DNA of 64,000 nt from Malacoraja senta (Eukaryota), in assembly GCA_038087875.1 (NCBI GenBank), contig CM075996.1, forward strand, positions 5,272,001 through 5,336,000, written 5' to 3'. Shown here one piece after another: positions 24,508 to 38,245 of this stretch. The notes below the pieces were generated by a model. That model saw only the letters and a program-made list of their open reading frames with translations, did not search any database and was not told the DNA's origin. The translations under genes were made by a program, and so were the position numbers. Numbering within the stretch: position 1 is the stretch's first letter; every line of letters starts with the position of its first letter.

Positions 24508-26299
24508 GAAACCTTCAGCTGTCTTGGTCAAGGGGTGGGAGGAAAAATGGTTGTCCAACAAATCCCACCTCAAGGGACAGCCGTAACCTGCTATTTTAAA
24601 GAAAGAAAAAAGTACAACTTCCTCTTCTCAGCTATTCCCTCGCACAACCATCTAATTTAACGAGCTGACTGGTTTTTAAATATATTCACGGAGTATATAT
24701 CCTCAAACATTATATTTCTTGAAATAAAATACAGTGCACTCTACCTGTACCTTTGGGTATCATGTTACAAGCCAGAGCCTTTTGCTGCTTGTCAGAGCCA
24801 ACGTTGTCAAGTCAAGTCAAGAGAGTTTATTGTCATGTGTCCCAGATAGGACAATGAAATTCTTCATTGCAAGAATTGAACTCTTGAAGGGAGAATAACG
24901 TTGAACTCCTAAAGGGAGGATAATGGCGTTGGGGTTTATTTTTAACATGGGGCCCAGGCATTCTATCGTCCTGAACAATTTTGTTTTCTTGTGGGCGTGA
25001 ATTGATGATTTGTTCCTGCTGATAGAGTTCGGGCATCTTTTCAGAGTTCAGGAGGATGAGGGGTAATCTTATATAGGTGTACAGATCATGAAACTGGTGG
25101 GATAAATGCACTTTTGCCCAGAGTAGGGGAATTGAGAACCAGGGGACATAGGTTTAAGGTGAGGGAGGAAAGATTTACTAGGAACCTGAGGGGTAACTTC
25201 TTTATACAAAGGGCGGCAGGTGTATGGAACGAGTTGCTGGAGGAGGTAGTTGAGGCAGGCACTATCGCAACATTTAAGAAGCATTAGACAAGTGCATGGG
25301 TGGATAGGATAGGTTTAGAGGGATGTGAGCCAAACGCAGGCAGGTGGAACGAGTGTAGATAGGACATGTTGGTCGGTGTGGGGAAATCGGGCTGAAGGGC
25401 TTGTTTCATCATTGTATGACTCTATTTTCAACATCCACACCCACAAGTGACTCCTACCCAAAAGAAAAGAACATAAGAGATAGGTGCAGGAATACTTTCC
25501 ACCTGATCTCACTTGCCTCATCATTCAGTAACTTGTAGAGCAGTAATTCCTCTTTCTTTGCAGGGTGCCTAGATGTCTGTCCGTCTCAGTCTCAAGACTG
25601 ATATTTGACAGTCTTGTCTTTTCCCTTGGAGCCTGTACACTGGCCTGCATTTTCACTCCACATTGATAGCGCTCCTAGGTTGAGTACAAAATATCTCCTT
25701 CAATCAGTTGGTGATCATGAATGTTTGTTTATTTTTGGGGGTGAATCATTGTGTACTTTCAAGCTGATAAAATACCGTAGTTTCCGGCCGCATGGTCTTG
25801 AACTTTGCAAGTGATTTGCTAGACACACCAGTTTTAATTATATTTGAAAGGCGGGTTTTAAAGTTTTACATTTAAACTTATCATTCCCCCCGCATCAGGA
25901 TTCATTGTCCTTTTCCATGACTGTTTTTAAACGGTCACGTCCCAGTAACTATACAATCCACGCATAGTTGGGTCAGCGCAATGAATCTACCGGTTCCCTT
26001 TGCAACAAGAGCAACTGTGCTGGTAATTTGCACTGTGCAATGGTCCACACATATACATAAACTGTCCTCTTCACAACATATTCACTAAGCAGTATGAATG
26101 GGCGTCAAATTCCTGTCAGCTGTGATAGAAAGACAAGAGACAAGAGTCAAGAGTGTTTTATTGTCATATATCCCAAACAGGAGAAAGAAATTCTTACTTG
26201 CTGCAGCACAACAGAATATGTAAACATAGTACTCTGTAAACAATATAATAAACGAGAAAATGTTCAGTGGATATATATACTCACATTCGCACACATACT

Positions 26300-26341
26300 T
26301 GTACACACACGTACACACGTACACACGCACACACGCACACA

Positions 26342-26396
<55 letters not shown>
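26300..26396. repeat. (CA)n microsatellite
   Basis: Direct reading. Confidence 0.98.
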
Positions 26397-26398
<2 letters not shown>

Positions 26399-29085
26399 TC
26401 TCTCTCTCTTAAAATCTTCCCTGAGCAAACCACCAGGTCTGGTGCAGATTGAATGAAGGGTGGAAAAAAGCACAATTTGTAGCTCGGAGACAAGGAAGTG
26501 CAGATGCTTGTTTACAAAAAAGGGCACACGGTGCTGGAATCTCTGGAGAACATAAATAGTTGGCGTTTCTAGTTGGGACTCTTTGCAGACTGCTCAGTAC
26601 GACACCTATTCATGTTCTCCGAAGATGCTGCCTGACCCACTGAGTTACTTGAGTCTTTTTGTTTTGTCACGATTTGTAACTTAATAGTTTAATTTTTGGA
26701 GATTTAAAGGTGTGGCGGAGGGTTTAGAGGTGAGATTCATGTTGTTAGTGCGTGCACTAACATTACCTTGTCCCTTTTTTTTAAGTGTTCCATGGGACGT
26801 GGAATAATTCGAGTGTTTTTTTTAAAACCACATCTGGAATGGACAGAAAGAACAACTGAGACAAAAGATCTAAGCAAGTAGATGCTGACTTTCAAATGTG
26901 TCTGTAATCTCAATGTGTGGCTGTGCAGTTTATCATTTTATACCCCCCACCCACACTTTTGCCCTCATACCTTTTACCAGGTGCACAGCTCCCAGGTGTT
27001 TGACACCGCACATCACCCCCTCTCATCCCTAACTCTCTGAGGGTTACCGAGTAGACTGGGGGTTACCGAGTACACATTAATGTTTTACTTGAAATCACTC
27101 CCTTTGGGTTTGAATTTATTACATTTCTACGCTCTCTGTTTCTGGAAAGTTGCGGGAATGAGAAATACGTTGATCTTCAGACACTAGATTCTTGAGCAAA
27201 ACACAAAGTGCTGGAGGAACTGTGGTCCCGATTCGACATGTCATCTGTCCATTCCCTCCACAGATGCTGCATGGTCCACTGAGTTCCCCCAGCACTTTGT
27301 GTTTTACTGAAATGAGATTGCCTTCAAGCAGTTGGTGATCGTGAAACTTGTTTGTTTTTTTTAAACATAGTGCTGGAATAACTCAGTGGGGCAGGCACAG
27401 GGAACATGGAAAGGTGACGTTCAATCTGAAGAACGGTCTCGACACAAAATGTCACCTATCCATATTCTCCAAAGATGTCACCGAAAACCTCTCCTAACCA
27501 TGTTTTCCAGAGGCACTGCCTGACCCACTGAGTTACTCCAGCACTTTGTATCTTTTTTTTTTTGTGAACCAGCATCTGCAGTTCCTTGTTTCACCATGAA
27601 ACTCATTATTTTTCGGGGTGAATAATTGTGTAATTTCAAGCAGATCAAGTAGTTGCTGGTAGTATGGTCATGAGCTATGCATGTGATTTGGTAGACACAC
27701 CAGTTTTAATTTTATTTGAGAGGCTAGTTTAAAGTTTTACATTTAAACTTGTTATCCCCCTCCCCCCTGCCCCACAACCCCGCATCAGGATTCATTTCCT
27801 TTTCCATTGCTGTTTTTTAAAGGGAACACATTCCAGTAATTTTACAATCCATGCATAGTCTTCAACCAAAGTTGGGTCGAGGCAATGAATCAGCGGGTAC
27901 AAGTGCAGTACTTTCACAGCCATGCACTCTGTCCTTCTTATTGTTGCTTATTTTTGAACTACATGAAACATAACTGCAGAGAAGTTACCGTTAAGTCTTG
28001 ATTGCAGAATGTTGGAATGGCGAGCATGGGTCTGATCTCCCCAGGCACTTAGAAACCCCCCTGAAGAGGAGTGTGAAAGGGAGCCGTGCAGTTGTAATTG
28101 TCAGATGGGCAGATGGAAGCAGGGTGAAACAAATAAGGGCGAGTCTGACCCGGGGTTTATGAAACGTAAGGGATTTGACAAAGGTTGATGGGTGAAAAGC
28201 TCAACGCCAGTAACAAATCCACGAGTGGAAACAAGGAACTGCAGCTGCAGGTTCACAAAAGACACAGGGTGCTGGAGTAGCTCAGCGACTCAGGCAGCAT
28301 CTCAGGAGTCAAAATTTGAAGGGTCCAACCCAAAACGTTGTCTGTCCATGTCCTAATAAATCCAGTGTGTGGTTTACCAACAAGAATGGTGAGATACAAG
28401 ACTTGCAACTAACTACCTGGGAACAATCAGTAATGTAGATAGGTATGTGCACAAGGAAGAAAGGAATGGAAGACGATGTGAGGAGGGCGAGTAATGGCTT
28501 ACTCCTTTGTCTTTCATTCTGTTTTCTGAGATAGCACGCACAATTTTGACTTTAAATCACTAAATCTGCATTAATAATAAGGAAAAAAATTGGACATGGA
28601 AAATATTTATTGCACTATCCTACCCTGCACAGAGTGCTGGCTTACCCCCCCCCCCCCCCATTGACAAAGTTTACAGCACTCCAGAAGCAATCCCTCTCAC
28701 CCCAACATTAGGGGGGGGTTGCACAGGATCGAGGGGCCAGACTTTTACCCAGAGATGTCGAGTGAATGAGTGAGTGCGTGAAAGTTGGTTTCAAGTTGAG
28801 TGAGTGACCCTTCCCAGATGGAACTACCTGCTGCTGCTATACCTGTAGTGTTGAGACTGCGATGGTATCTATGCGTGCCGTAGACAATGGGGAGGGAGGC
28901 AATTCTGGACCTGCCACTGATTGCAGGGCACAGCAAGAGCTGTAAGCACAGCTGATTAAAATGCCGTTGTGGTTGTATTCAACACGTTCAAATTGTTGCC
29001 GGGCAATATCGCAATCCATGCGACAGGGCTTTGTTTTTTCCGCTGTAACTTTTAATAGCTTGCTTGTATGAAACAATGTGCATTT

Positions 29086-29091
29086 AATAAA
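29086..29091 (+). terminator. Candidate distal TEF polyadenylation signal (AATAAA); a proximal candidate lies at 24723-24728
   Basis: AATAAA at the end of a unique-looking block (about 28500-29100) with T/GT-rich sequence downstream. Motif only. Confidence 0.35.
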
Positions 29092-30501
29092 ATATATCTA
29101 TCTTGTATATGAAACCTCTGTTCTGGCACCGTCCCTGCTTCTGCGTGAATCGGTTATATAAACAGAGCTTTTTTTAATCAGGGACATTATGGTATATGCT
29201 TTCGTTTTCTGCCTTTTCAGTTATTTGTTGTTTGCTCTTTGATTTGTTAACCTTCCGAGGTCAGTAGTGAGCATTGGAAGTAGGCTTAAAATATTTACAT
29301 TTTCCAGGTACTTCCAGTCCAATCTTCCTGGATCTCAGGGTCGCTGGTGACACTCCCAGATCTGGAGCCGATCGATGTGTGCCCGCTTCAATGCTGAATC
29401 TCTAAACGCACCAGCACAGGTTTTAATGTAGTTTAATCTGTCTCGGTAAAGATCTTCGATTCACGTTGGCTGCTGATTCATCTGATCAGTCGGGGAAACC
29501 ATAGCTGGCATCTGCAAGCCCGGCTTAAAATCGGAACAAAAGCCAACAACTCTGAAAGGAGTATTCAGTCCAATCTTGTCCATCCCTCCAAAGCCAAATC
29601 CGAGGCTGAAGTTGAGTTGAAAGATGCAGAGTGGAAACAGGCCTTTTGATCCACGCTGACTATCGATCAAAGAAACGGGCAAAGTGCTGGAGTAACTCAG
29701 CGTGTCAGGCAGCATCTCTAGAGGGTGGTCTGATCAGGGTCAGTGACATTTGTTGTAGAGAAGATTGGATATCGGAATAAGGAGGACACAGGGACCATTG
29801 TGTAAATGGCGTCAAACTATGGCAACGGGTGCAAGGATTTCACTTGCAGTGCATGCGTGACAATAAAGAACCATTGAATAATGGTTCCTAATCCAACTGG
29901 GAATACGTCATTGTGCATGAGGATACTGAGGTGACCAAACACAAAACACACAGATAGACACAAAATGCTGGACCCACTCAGTGGGTCAGGCAGCATCTCT
30001 GGAGAAAATGGATTGGAGATGTTTCGGGTCAGGACCTTTCTGTCTGATTAGAGTCATAGAGTGATACAGTGTGAAAACAGGCCCTTCGGCCCAACTTGCC
30101 CACACCGGCCATTTGGTCCATATCCCTCCAAACCTGTCCTATCCACGTACCTGTCTAACTGTTTCTTAAACGTGAGGATAGTCCCTGCCTCAACTACCTC
30201 GTCTGCCAGCTTGTTCCAGATGCCCACCACCCTTTGTGTGAAGGGATTGTAGTAGGGGGAGCATGGAAAAAAAACTGGAAACGAAAGGAGGCAAAATGAA
30301 TGATGGTCGGCAACAGATAACCGTAGACAAGGGGGTTCCCTGATAGACAGATTGTTGGTCAATGTAGAGATAGAAAGAGGTGTGAGCCCGAGAGATACAT
30401 AGTTGCAAATTGTTTGCAGACTTTTAGTGGAGAAAGGTGGGGGGTGGGGGGGGGAGTTTGTTGAAGTTACCTAGAATTGGAGAATTCAATGTTTATACCA
30501 G

Positions 30502-30953
30502 GGTAGACAAAAGTGCTGGAGAAACTCAGCGGGTGAGGCAGCATCTATGGAGCGAAGGAAATAGGCAACGTTTCCGGCCGAAACCCTTCTTCAGACTGGT
30601 GCAGGGTGGGGGTGGGGGGGGAAGGAGAAAGGAGGAGGGAGGAGGGAGGAGGAGGAGCCAGAGGGCTGAGGGAGAGCTGGGAAGGGGAGGAGACAGCAAG
30701 GGCTACTGGAAATTGGAGAAGTCAATGTTTATGCTGCTAGGGTGCAGACTGCCCAAGCGGAATATGAGGTGCTGCTCCTCCAATTTCCGGTGGTGCTCAC
30801 TCTGGCCATGGAGGAGGCCCAGGACAGAAAGGTCGGATTTGGAATGGGAGGGGGAGTTGAAGTGCTGAGCCACGGGGAGATCAGGTTGGTTAATGCGGAC
30901 CGAGCGGAGGTGTTCGGCGAAACGATCGCCAAGCCTACGCTTGGTCTCACCGA
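30502..30953 (-). mobile_element. Young Penelope-like element 3' fragment nested in an older PLE (about 30240-31330)
   Basis: IGETKRRLGDRFAEHLRSVRINQPDLPVAQHFNSPSH..RKLEEQHLIFRLGSL; hammerhead motif 30564-30597; flanked by atgtt(t/c)atacc. Confidence 0.88.
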
Positions 30954-33732
30954 TGTTCATACCGCTGGGTTGGAAGCTATCCAAGTGGAATATGAGGTGC
31001 TGTTCCCTCCAGTTTGCGCGTGGCCTCACTCTGGCAATGGAGGTGGCCCAGGACAGAAAAGTCAGTGTTGGAATGGGAACGGGAAATGAAGTGGTTAGCA
31101 GCATCCCGTAGGCCTTGACTGACCGAGCGCAAGCGTTCGGTGAAAAAGTCGCCGAGCCTACGCTTGGTCTTATGGATGTACTGCAGTTTCACATCAGGAA
31201 CAGCAGATGCAGTCGATGAAGTTAGCGGAGGTACACATGTCTTACCTGGAAGGACTGCTGGGGGTCCCTGGATGGAGGTGAGAGAGGAGGAATAGGGACA
31301 GGTGTCACATGTCTTGCAGTTGCAGGGAAAGTACCTGCAAAGTTCCTGTGTTTTATTACAAAATGTGCAGGTTCTCCCAGTGAATTGAATTCTCCAGGTT
31401 CTCCCAGTGAGTGTTGGTTCAGAATTTCCCTCAAAGCTGCAGTAGATTTTTTTTTTCCTCTATTGTGGGTGAGATGGTTGGTGGCAGGAAGTTCCAGATG
31501 ACCAGCCAGATGAGGCAACCCCGAGGTAAAAGAGAAAGTGCTGGAGTAACTCAGCGGGTCAAGCAGCATCTCTGGAGGACATGGATAAATGATGGTAGGT
31601 ATTCCAAGTAGCAGTGGAAAGGAGATACAAGGAACTGCAGATGCTGGTTTAATATAAAAAAAGAGAGAAAAAACCTGGAGTGACCATGCTACTCAAAGCA
31701 GCTCTTACCACTGAGTTATTCCAGCACTTTGTGTCTTTAATCCCTGGAAACAAGATGAAGAGGAACTTCTTTAGTCAGAGTGTGGTGAATCTGCGGAATT
31801 CTTTGCACAGATGGAGGCCAAGTCGTCAGGTGGTTTTAAAGCTGAAATTGGCAGATACTTGATTAGTAAGGGGGTCAAAGTTTATGTGGAGAAGGCAGGA
31901 GAATGGGAGGAAAAGGTAGATCAGCCATGATTGACTGGCGGAGTAGTCTCGATGGGCCGAATGGACTAATTCTGCTCCTCTGACTTACGAACCAGTCCAA
32001 CTGACACTTTGATTGGGGGGTTATCCATGCTATTGGGTAAAAGTGGGCACTGAGACGGAGTAGTAGGTCGTGAGGTAGAGTCCTGCCACTGCCATTGACT
32101 TGTTTAGAGATGCAAGGCGACACAGGCCCTTGGGCCCATCGTTTCCGTGCCAACTAGCGATTTACCCGTACACTAGCACTATTCTATACACTCGGGACAA
32201 TTTACAATTTTAGCGAAGCCAATTAACCTACAAACCTGCATGTCTTTGGAGTGTGGGAGAAAACCGGAGCACCCGGAGAAAACCCACGCGGTCACTGGGA
32301 GAACGTACAAACTCCGTACAGTCAGCACCCGTAGTCAGGATCGAACCCAGGTCTCTGGCGCTGTAAGGCAGCAACTCTACCACTATGCCACCATGCCATT
32401 ATTGGTCCTGTGGACAAATCTTCCTCCTTCCAGCTCCCCTCCCCTGTCTCCCGCCACCAGTGGCTCAAAGATGCCAGCTATCCATTGCTTAAAGTAGGCA
32501 CGAGAGGCACAAAACCCAGCCTTTTTAGCGCTAACGGACAGAGAAAGGAGCTGAGCGGGCCTGAGAGATTGGGGGAGGCAGGGGGGCTTTCCAGGGATAA
32601 GGTGACCCGTGGGGATACGAGATTCCCAGCAGTTGCACAGCAGAGTCTGAAGATGAAGGTGAGGTTGCAATGGCGTCCAGCGATGCAGTCTCTACTTCGG
32701 GATGTGAGATCCCAGAGTATTGAGGGACCAGCTGCTGAGCTTAGGTTAAATTGCCCTGTTGGCTGGTGGTGAAATTTCCATGCAGTTCCTGGCCGTCCCA
32801 AGGTGGATTTTATAAAGAGTAGGGTCCACAAGGGAGAACCAGAAATGTTTTATAAAACCACCTGAATCACCCCTGGTGCACAATGTGACTATTTTAAGCC
32901 CTGTGATTTCTAATACAGTATCTGTATACAATATATATTCTCTCTGTAGCTAATGTGCAAAGGTTTTTAAAAGTCTATTTTTGATTGTTTGTTCCTTAGA
33001 GAACAATAAATGCTGTAAAATCCCCAATGTGTATCACCTGTCGCTTTTTTTTAATACACAAAGGTGTAAAAATAACACTCGCTCGTTGGCGGAGATGCCA
33101 GAGCTGGAATCTGGAGCAAAATTAATCTGATCTCAAATCACCGAGTGATGCAGCGTGGAAACAGGCCCTTCGGCCCAACTTGTCCACACCGGCCAACATG
33201 TCCCAGCTACACTAGTCCCACCTGCCCACGTTTGGTCCATATCCCTCCAAATCTGCCCTATCCATGTACCTGTCTAATGCTTCTTAAATGTTCAGATAGT
33301 CCCTGCCTCAACTACCTCCTCTGGCAGCTCGTTCCATACACTCACCACTCTTTGTGTGAAAAGGTTATCTCTCAGATTCCTATTAAATCTTTTCTCCTTT
33401 CACCTATAACCTATGTCCTCTGGTCCTCGACTCCACTACTCAGGGCAAGAGACTCTATTAGAGGTTCTCGGCAGCTCAGGCACATCTGTGGAAAGAAATG
33501 CAAGGTCAATGTTTCTGGTCCAGTCCTTTATCTGGATTGGATCAGTCCCGACATGGAAACTTTGCCTGTCCATTTCCTTCCACGGATGCTGCCCGACCTG
33601 CTGAGTTCTTCCAGCTGTACTCCTTTATAAAACTTGTTTGTCGGTACCGTAATAAAACAGAAAATGCTGGAAACACTCAACAGGTCAGGCAGCCTCTGCG
33701 GAAGGAGATACGGCTAATGTTCCACCAGACCT

Positions 33733-34443
33733 GGACCTCCAGAGAATCGGCCTCCACTGCCTTCTGAGGCAGAGAATTCCACAGACTCACAACTCTGGGT
33801 GAAAAGGTTTTTCCTCATCTCTGTTCTAAATGGCCTTCCCCTTATTCTTAAACTGTGGCCCCTGGTTCTGGACTCCCCTAACATCAGGAACACATTTCCT
33901 GCCTCTTGCAAGTCCAATCCCTTAATAATCTCATCCTTCTAAACTCCAGAGTATACAAGCCCAGTCACTCCATTCTTTCAACATATGACAGTCCAGCCAT
34001 CCCGGGAATTAACGTTGTGAACCTACGCTGCACTCCCTCAATAGCAAGAATGTCCTTCCTCCAAATTGGAGACCAAACTGCACACAATACTCCAGGTGTG
34101 GTCTCACTGGGGCCCTGTACAACTGCAGAAGGACCTCTTTGCTCCTATACTCAACTCCATTAGCTTTCTTCACTGCCTGCTGCACCTGCTTGCTTACTTT
34201 CAGTGACTGATGTACAAGGACACACAGATCTCATTGTACTTCCCCTTTCCCATATCTGACACCATTCAGATAATAATCTGCCTTCCTGTTCTTGCCACCT
34301 ATTTGGATAACCTCACATTTATCCACATTAAACTGCTTCTGCCATGCATATGCCCACTCACCCAACCTGTCCAATTCACCCTGCATCCTCATAGCATCCT
34401 CCTCACAGTTCACACTGCCACCCAGCTTTGTGTCATCTGCAAG
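33733..34443 (-). mobile_element. CR1-type LINE ORF2 fragment
   Basis: ADDTKLGGSVNCEEDAMRMQGELDRLGEWA..FNVDKCEV; GESRTRGHSLRIRGRPF. Confidence 0.9.
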
Positions 34444-37324
34444 TCCACATAAAACGTCCTGACCAGATACGTCGACTGTCCATTTGGTCAAGTTAAGTTT
34501 ATTGTCATATGCACACAAGCACAGTGAGGAACAGGTACAATGAAAACCTTGCTTGCAGCAGCATCATAGATACCTAGACTCTGACAACAGATAAAGCCTA
34601 AATTATAGAAGATAGACACAAAATGCTGGAGTAACTCAAGATTCAAGATTCAATTTAATTGTCACGTACCAATTAAGGTACAGTGAAATTTGAGTTACCA
34701 TGTAGCCATACTAAGTAAAAAGCAAAAATACACACAGCACATAAAATAAAGTTTAACATTAACATCCACCACAATGGAATCAACATTCCTCACTGTGATG
34801 AAAGGCAATAAAGTTCAGTCATCTTCCTCCTTTGTTCACGCCTTTGAACGGGGCCGTTGCTGACAGTCCACTGTTCAAGCCCTCTTGTCGGGATGGTTGG
34901 AACATGGAGCTCACGAGTCGGACGCTTCTTACCGGAGACCGCAGCTTCACAGTGTTAAAGTCCACAGGCCCCTCGGTCGGAGCTCCAGCACTGGCGATCC
35001 TCGGCAAAAGATCCCAGGCTCCCCGATGGTAAGTCCGCGCTCGCCGCACCCACGGCTTGAAGCTCCGGCCCGGTCTCCAGAAAAGGCCGCACCACTCCGC
35101 GGGACGGAGATGCGACACGGAGAAAAATCGCATCTCCGTCGAGGTAAGTGACTGAAAAACGTTTCCCCCAATCCCCCACCTCCCCTGCACCCCCCACATA
35201 AAACATACCAAGAGACATTAAAAGAAACATTCAAGACGTACTTAAAATAATTTATAAAAAACAGAAGAAACAAGACAGACTGCTGGCGAGGCGGCCATTA
35301 CGGGTGCCACCTGGGACAAGCAGCATTTCTGGAGAGAAGGAATGGGTGGCATTTCGGGGTTCGATCCTGACCTGGGGTGCTGCCTGTGTGGAGTTTGCTC
35401 ATTCTCCCTGTGACCGTGTGGGCTTCCTCCAGGTGCAACCGGTTTCCTCCCACATTCCACCGACTTGGCGGCTGTAAATTGCCCCGAGTGCGTAGGTGAG
35501 TGGTAGAATGCGGTGGGAGTTGGTGCAAATGCAGGGAGAATTAAATGGGACAAATGTAGGATTAGTACAAAATGGGTGTAGTGATGCTAGTCGTCACGGA
35601 CCCGATGGGCCGATGGGCCTGTTTCTGTGCTGTTTCTCTTAATGATCCTACTTATGTGACACCTTTTGAGGCATCAGGTTTTAAAGCACAATCAACAAAA
35701 GGCGAAATATGCAGAAGATATCAAAAAGTCTTCAAGATGGGGAGATCTCTCTGAATAGCAACAGAGCTCCCATGTACTGTTGTGACATTTTTTGTCATGG
35801 AGCCATACATTCTGCAGTTAACTAAGCATCTATTCCTGCTATTAAACTTTCTTCAGTGCCACAAGCCGCTGCAAGGTGTACTCGCCTTTTATCTGGTTGT
35901 GCTACCGAAGATAGACACAAAATGCTGGAGTGACTCAGCAGGACAGGCAACTTCTCTGGAGAGAAGGAACGGGTGACGTTTCGGGTCCAGACCCTTCTTC
36001 AGACTGAGGGTCAGGGGAGAGGGAGACACAGAGATAAGAAAGGGTAAGGTGTGAAAATGAGACATCAAAAGGAATGGAAAATCAAGGAAAATGTAGAATA
36101 TTGTTTAAGAAGGAACTGCAGATGCTGGAAAATCGAAGTTAGACAAAAAATATGTAGAATAGATCATTTCTTAGCTTGGGGAAGGAGACAACGAAGCAAA
36201 CAGATACAATTTAATCGGGGACAGTCCGGTCGTAGAACTGGGAAGGGGGAGGGATGGAGAGAGAGAGAAAGCAAGGGTTACTTGAAGTTAGAGAAGTCAA
36301 TATTCACACCGCTGGGGTGTGAGCTGCCCAAGTGAAATATGAGGTGCTGTTCCTCCAATTTGCGCTGGGCCTCACTGACAATGGAGGAGGCCCAGGACAG
36401 AAAGGTTAGTATGGGAGGGGGAGGTGAAGTGTTTAGCAACCGGGATATCAGGTAGGTTTAGGCAGAATGCACTGTCTCTTAACCTTAAATTTCCAGCATC
36501 TGCAGGCTTTGAGTTTTCACCCATTGACGTGTCTGCTCTGGTGCCTTTCCGCCACCTGCTGTTGATGCCCAGAATTGCGGCTAAAGGTCAGGGATTACTA
36601 TGGGAAATGGTTAATTTGGAGAATAGTTTCCTTCACAAGGCCTCCCAAAGATAATAACATTCTTCTGAAATACAGGCACTGTTGAAGAGGAGAGATAACT
36701 ATCTGAAGAAGGGTCTCGACCCAAAATGTCACCCATTCCTTCTCTCCAGAGATGCCGCCTGTCCCGCTGAGTTACTCCAGCTTTTTGTGTCTATCTTGCG
36801 ATGAAATGTTGCCCTTGTTGCAAGTTTATAATCAGGATGTAGCTTTGTCAGACTTTAGTTAGGATGCACGTGAGGTTCTGGTCGCCCCATTACGGGAAGG
36901 ATGTTGAAGCTCATGGGAGTTTTCCAGAATAAGCAAGTAAGTAAGTTTATTGGCCAAGTATTCACATACAAGGAATTTGCCTTGGTGCTCCGCCCACAAG
37001 TAACAACATGACATACAGTGACAGTTACGAATAACTCAGAAAACACTAAACATTAATTAATAATAATAAAACATTAATGATAAAACACCATTGATCAAGC
37101 ATGTGAACCAACAAAATACCAGATCAAAGGGAGGCTACAGATTTTTGGCTGTTGAGTAGAGCAACTACTCGTGGATAAAAACTGTTTTTATGTCTGGCTG
37201 TGGCAGCTTTGACAGTCCGGAGTCGCCTTCCAGAGGGAAGTGATTCAAAGAGTTTGTGGCCAGGGTGAGAGGGATCAGAGATGATCTTGCCCGCTCGCTT
37301 CCTGGCCCTTGCAGTGTACAGTTA

Positions 37325-37938
37325 ACATAGAAACATAGAAACATAGAAAGTAGGTGCGAGAGTAGACCACCAGGCCCATCGAGCCCGCACCGTCGCTCAT
37401 GGCTGAACACTAAACAGACACCCTTACCCACAAACAGTAGACACAAGACACAGAACACAAGACACTACCCTCCCCTTTATACCGCTATCACCCCTCTCCA
37501 CCCCAAGAACCGCGTGATCTCCTGGGGGAGGCAAAAAACCAGATAAAAACCCAGGTCCAATTCGGGAAAAAAATCCGGGAAATTCCTCTCCGACCCCAAT
37601 CCAGGCGATCGACACTTGTCCAGGAGATCACTCAGGTCTTACTATACTAACCATACCTAGGTCCATATCCCTGCCCTCTCCCCGTAGCCCCTTATCCCCT
37701 TGGCAGCTAAAAAAACATCTATTTTAGACTTAAATATATTTAATGTTTCTGCTTGCACTGCTCCTTTACATCCAGTACATGCCTGTACATCCTTTCTTAA
37801 GTATGGACAGCAGAACTGTACACAGTATTCCAAATGTGGTCTCACTAATACTGTGTACAGCTGCAGCAAGACCTCCGTGTTTTTATACTCAATCCCCCTA
37901 GCAATAAAGGCCAAAACTCCATTGGCCTTCCTGATTGC
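37325..37938 (-). mobile_element. CR1-type LINE 3' fragment, different subfamily, (TTTCTATG)n tail
   Basis: AFIARGIEYKNTEVLLQLYTVLVRPHLEYCVQFC; catagaaa repeats at 37326-37349. Confidence 0.85.
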
Positions 37939-37939
37939 T

Positions 37940-38245
37940 TAGTTCATCAATGGAGGGAAGGTTGCAGCCAATAACCTTCTCTGCTGATCGGACGATTCGC
38001 TGCAGCCTCCAGGTGTCGTGCTTGGTGGCTGAGCCAAACCAGACCATGATGGAGAAGGTGAGAACAGAGTCTACGATGGCCGTGTAGAATTGGACCATCA
38101 TTGCCTGTGGCACATTGTGCTTCCCCAGCTGCCACAGGAAGTACATCCTCTGTTGTGCCTTTTTGACTGTGGAGTCGATGGTCGCCCCCCACTTTAGGTC
38201 CTTGGAGATGATGGCTCCAGGAACTTAAAAGACTCCACAGTGGAA
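37940..38245 (-). mobile_element. Rex1/Babar-type LINE ORF fragment
   Basis: MYFLWQL..MMVQFYTAIVDSVLTFSIMVWFGSATKHDTWRLQRIVRSAEKVIGCNLPSI. Confidence 0.85.

Noticed and set aside
35128..35150. Minus-strand acttacctcgacggagat resembling the U1 snRNA 5' end
   Set aside because: Match is about 8 nt, the rest of U1 is absent, and the related copy at 22530 lacks it.
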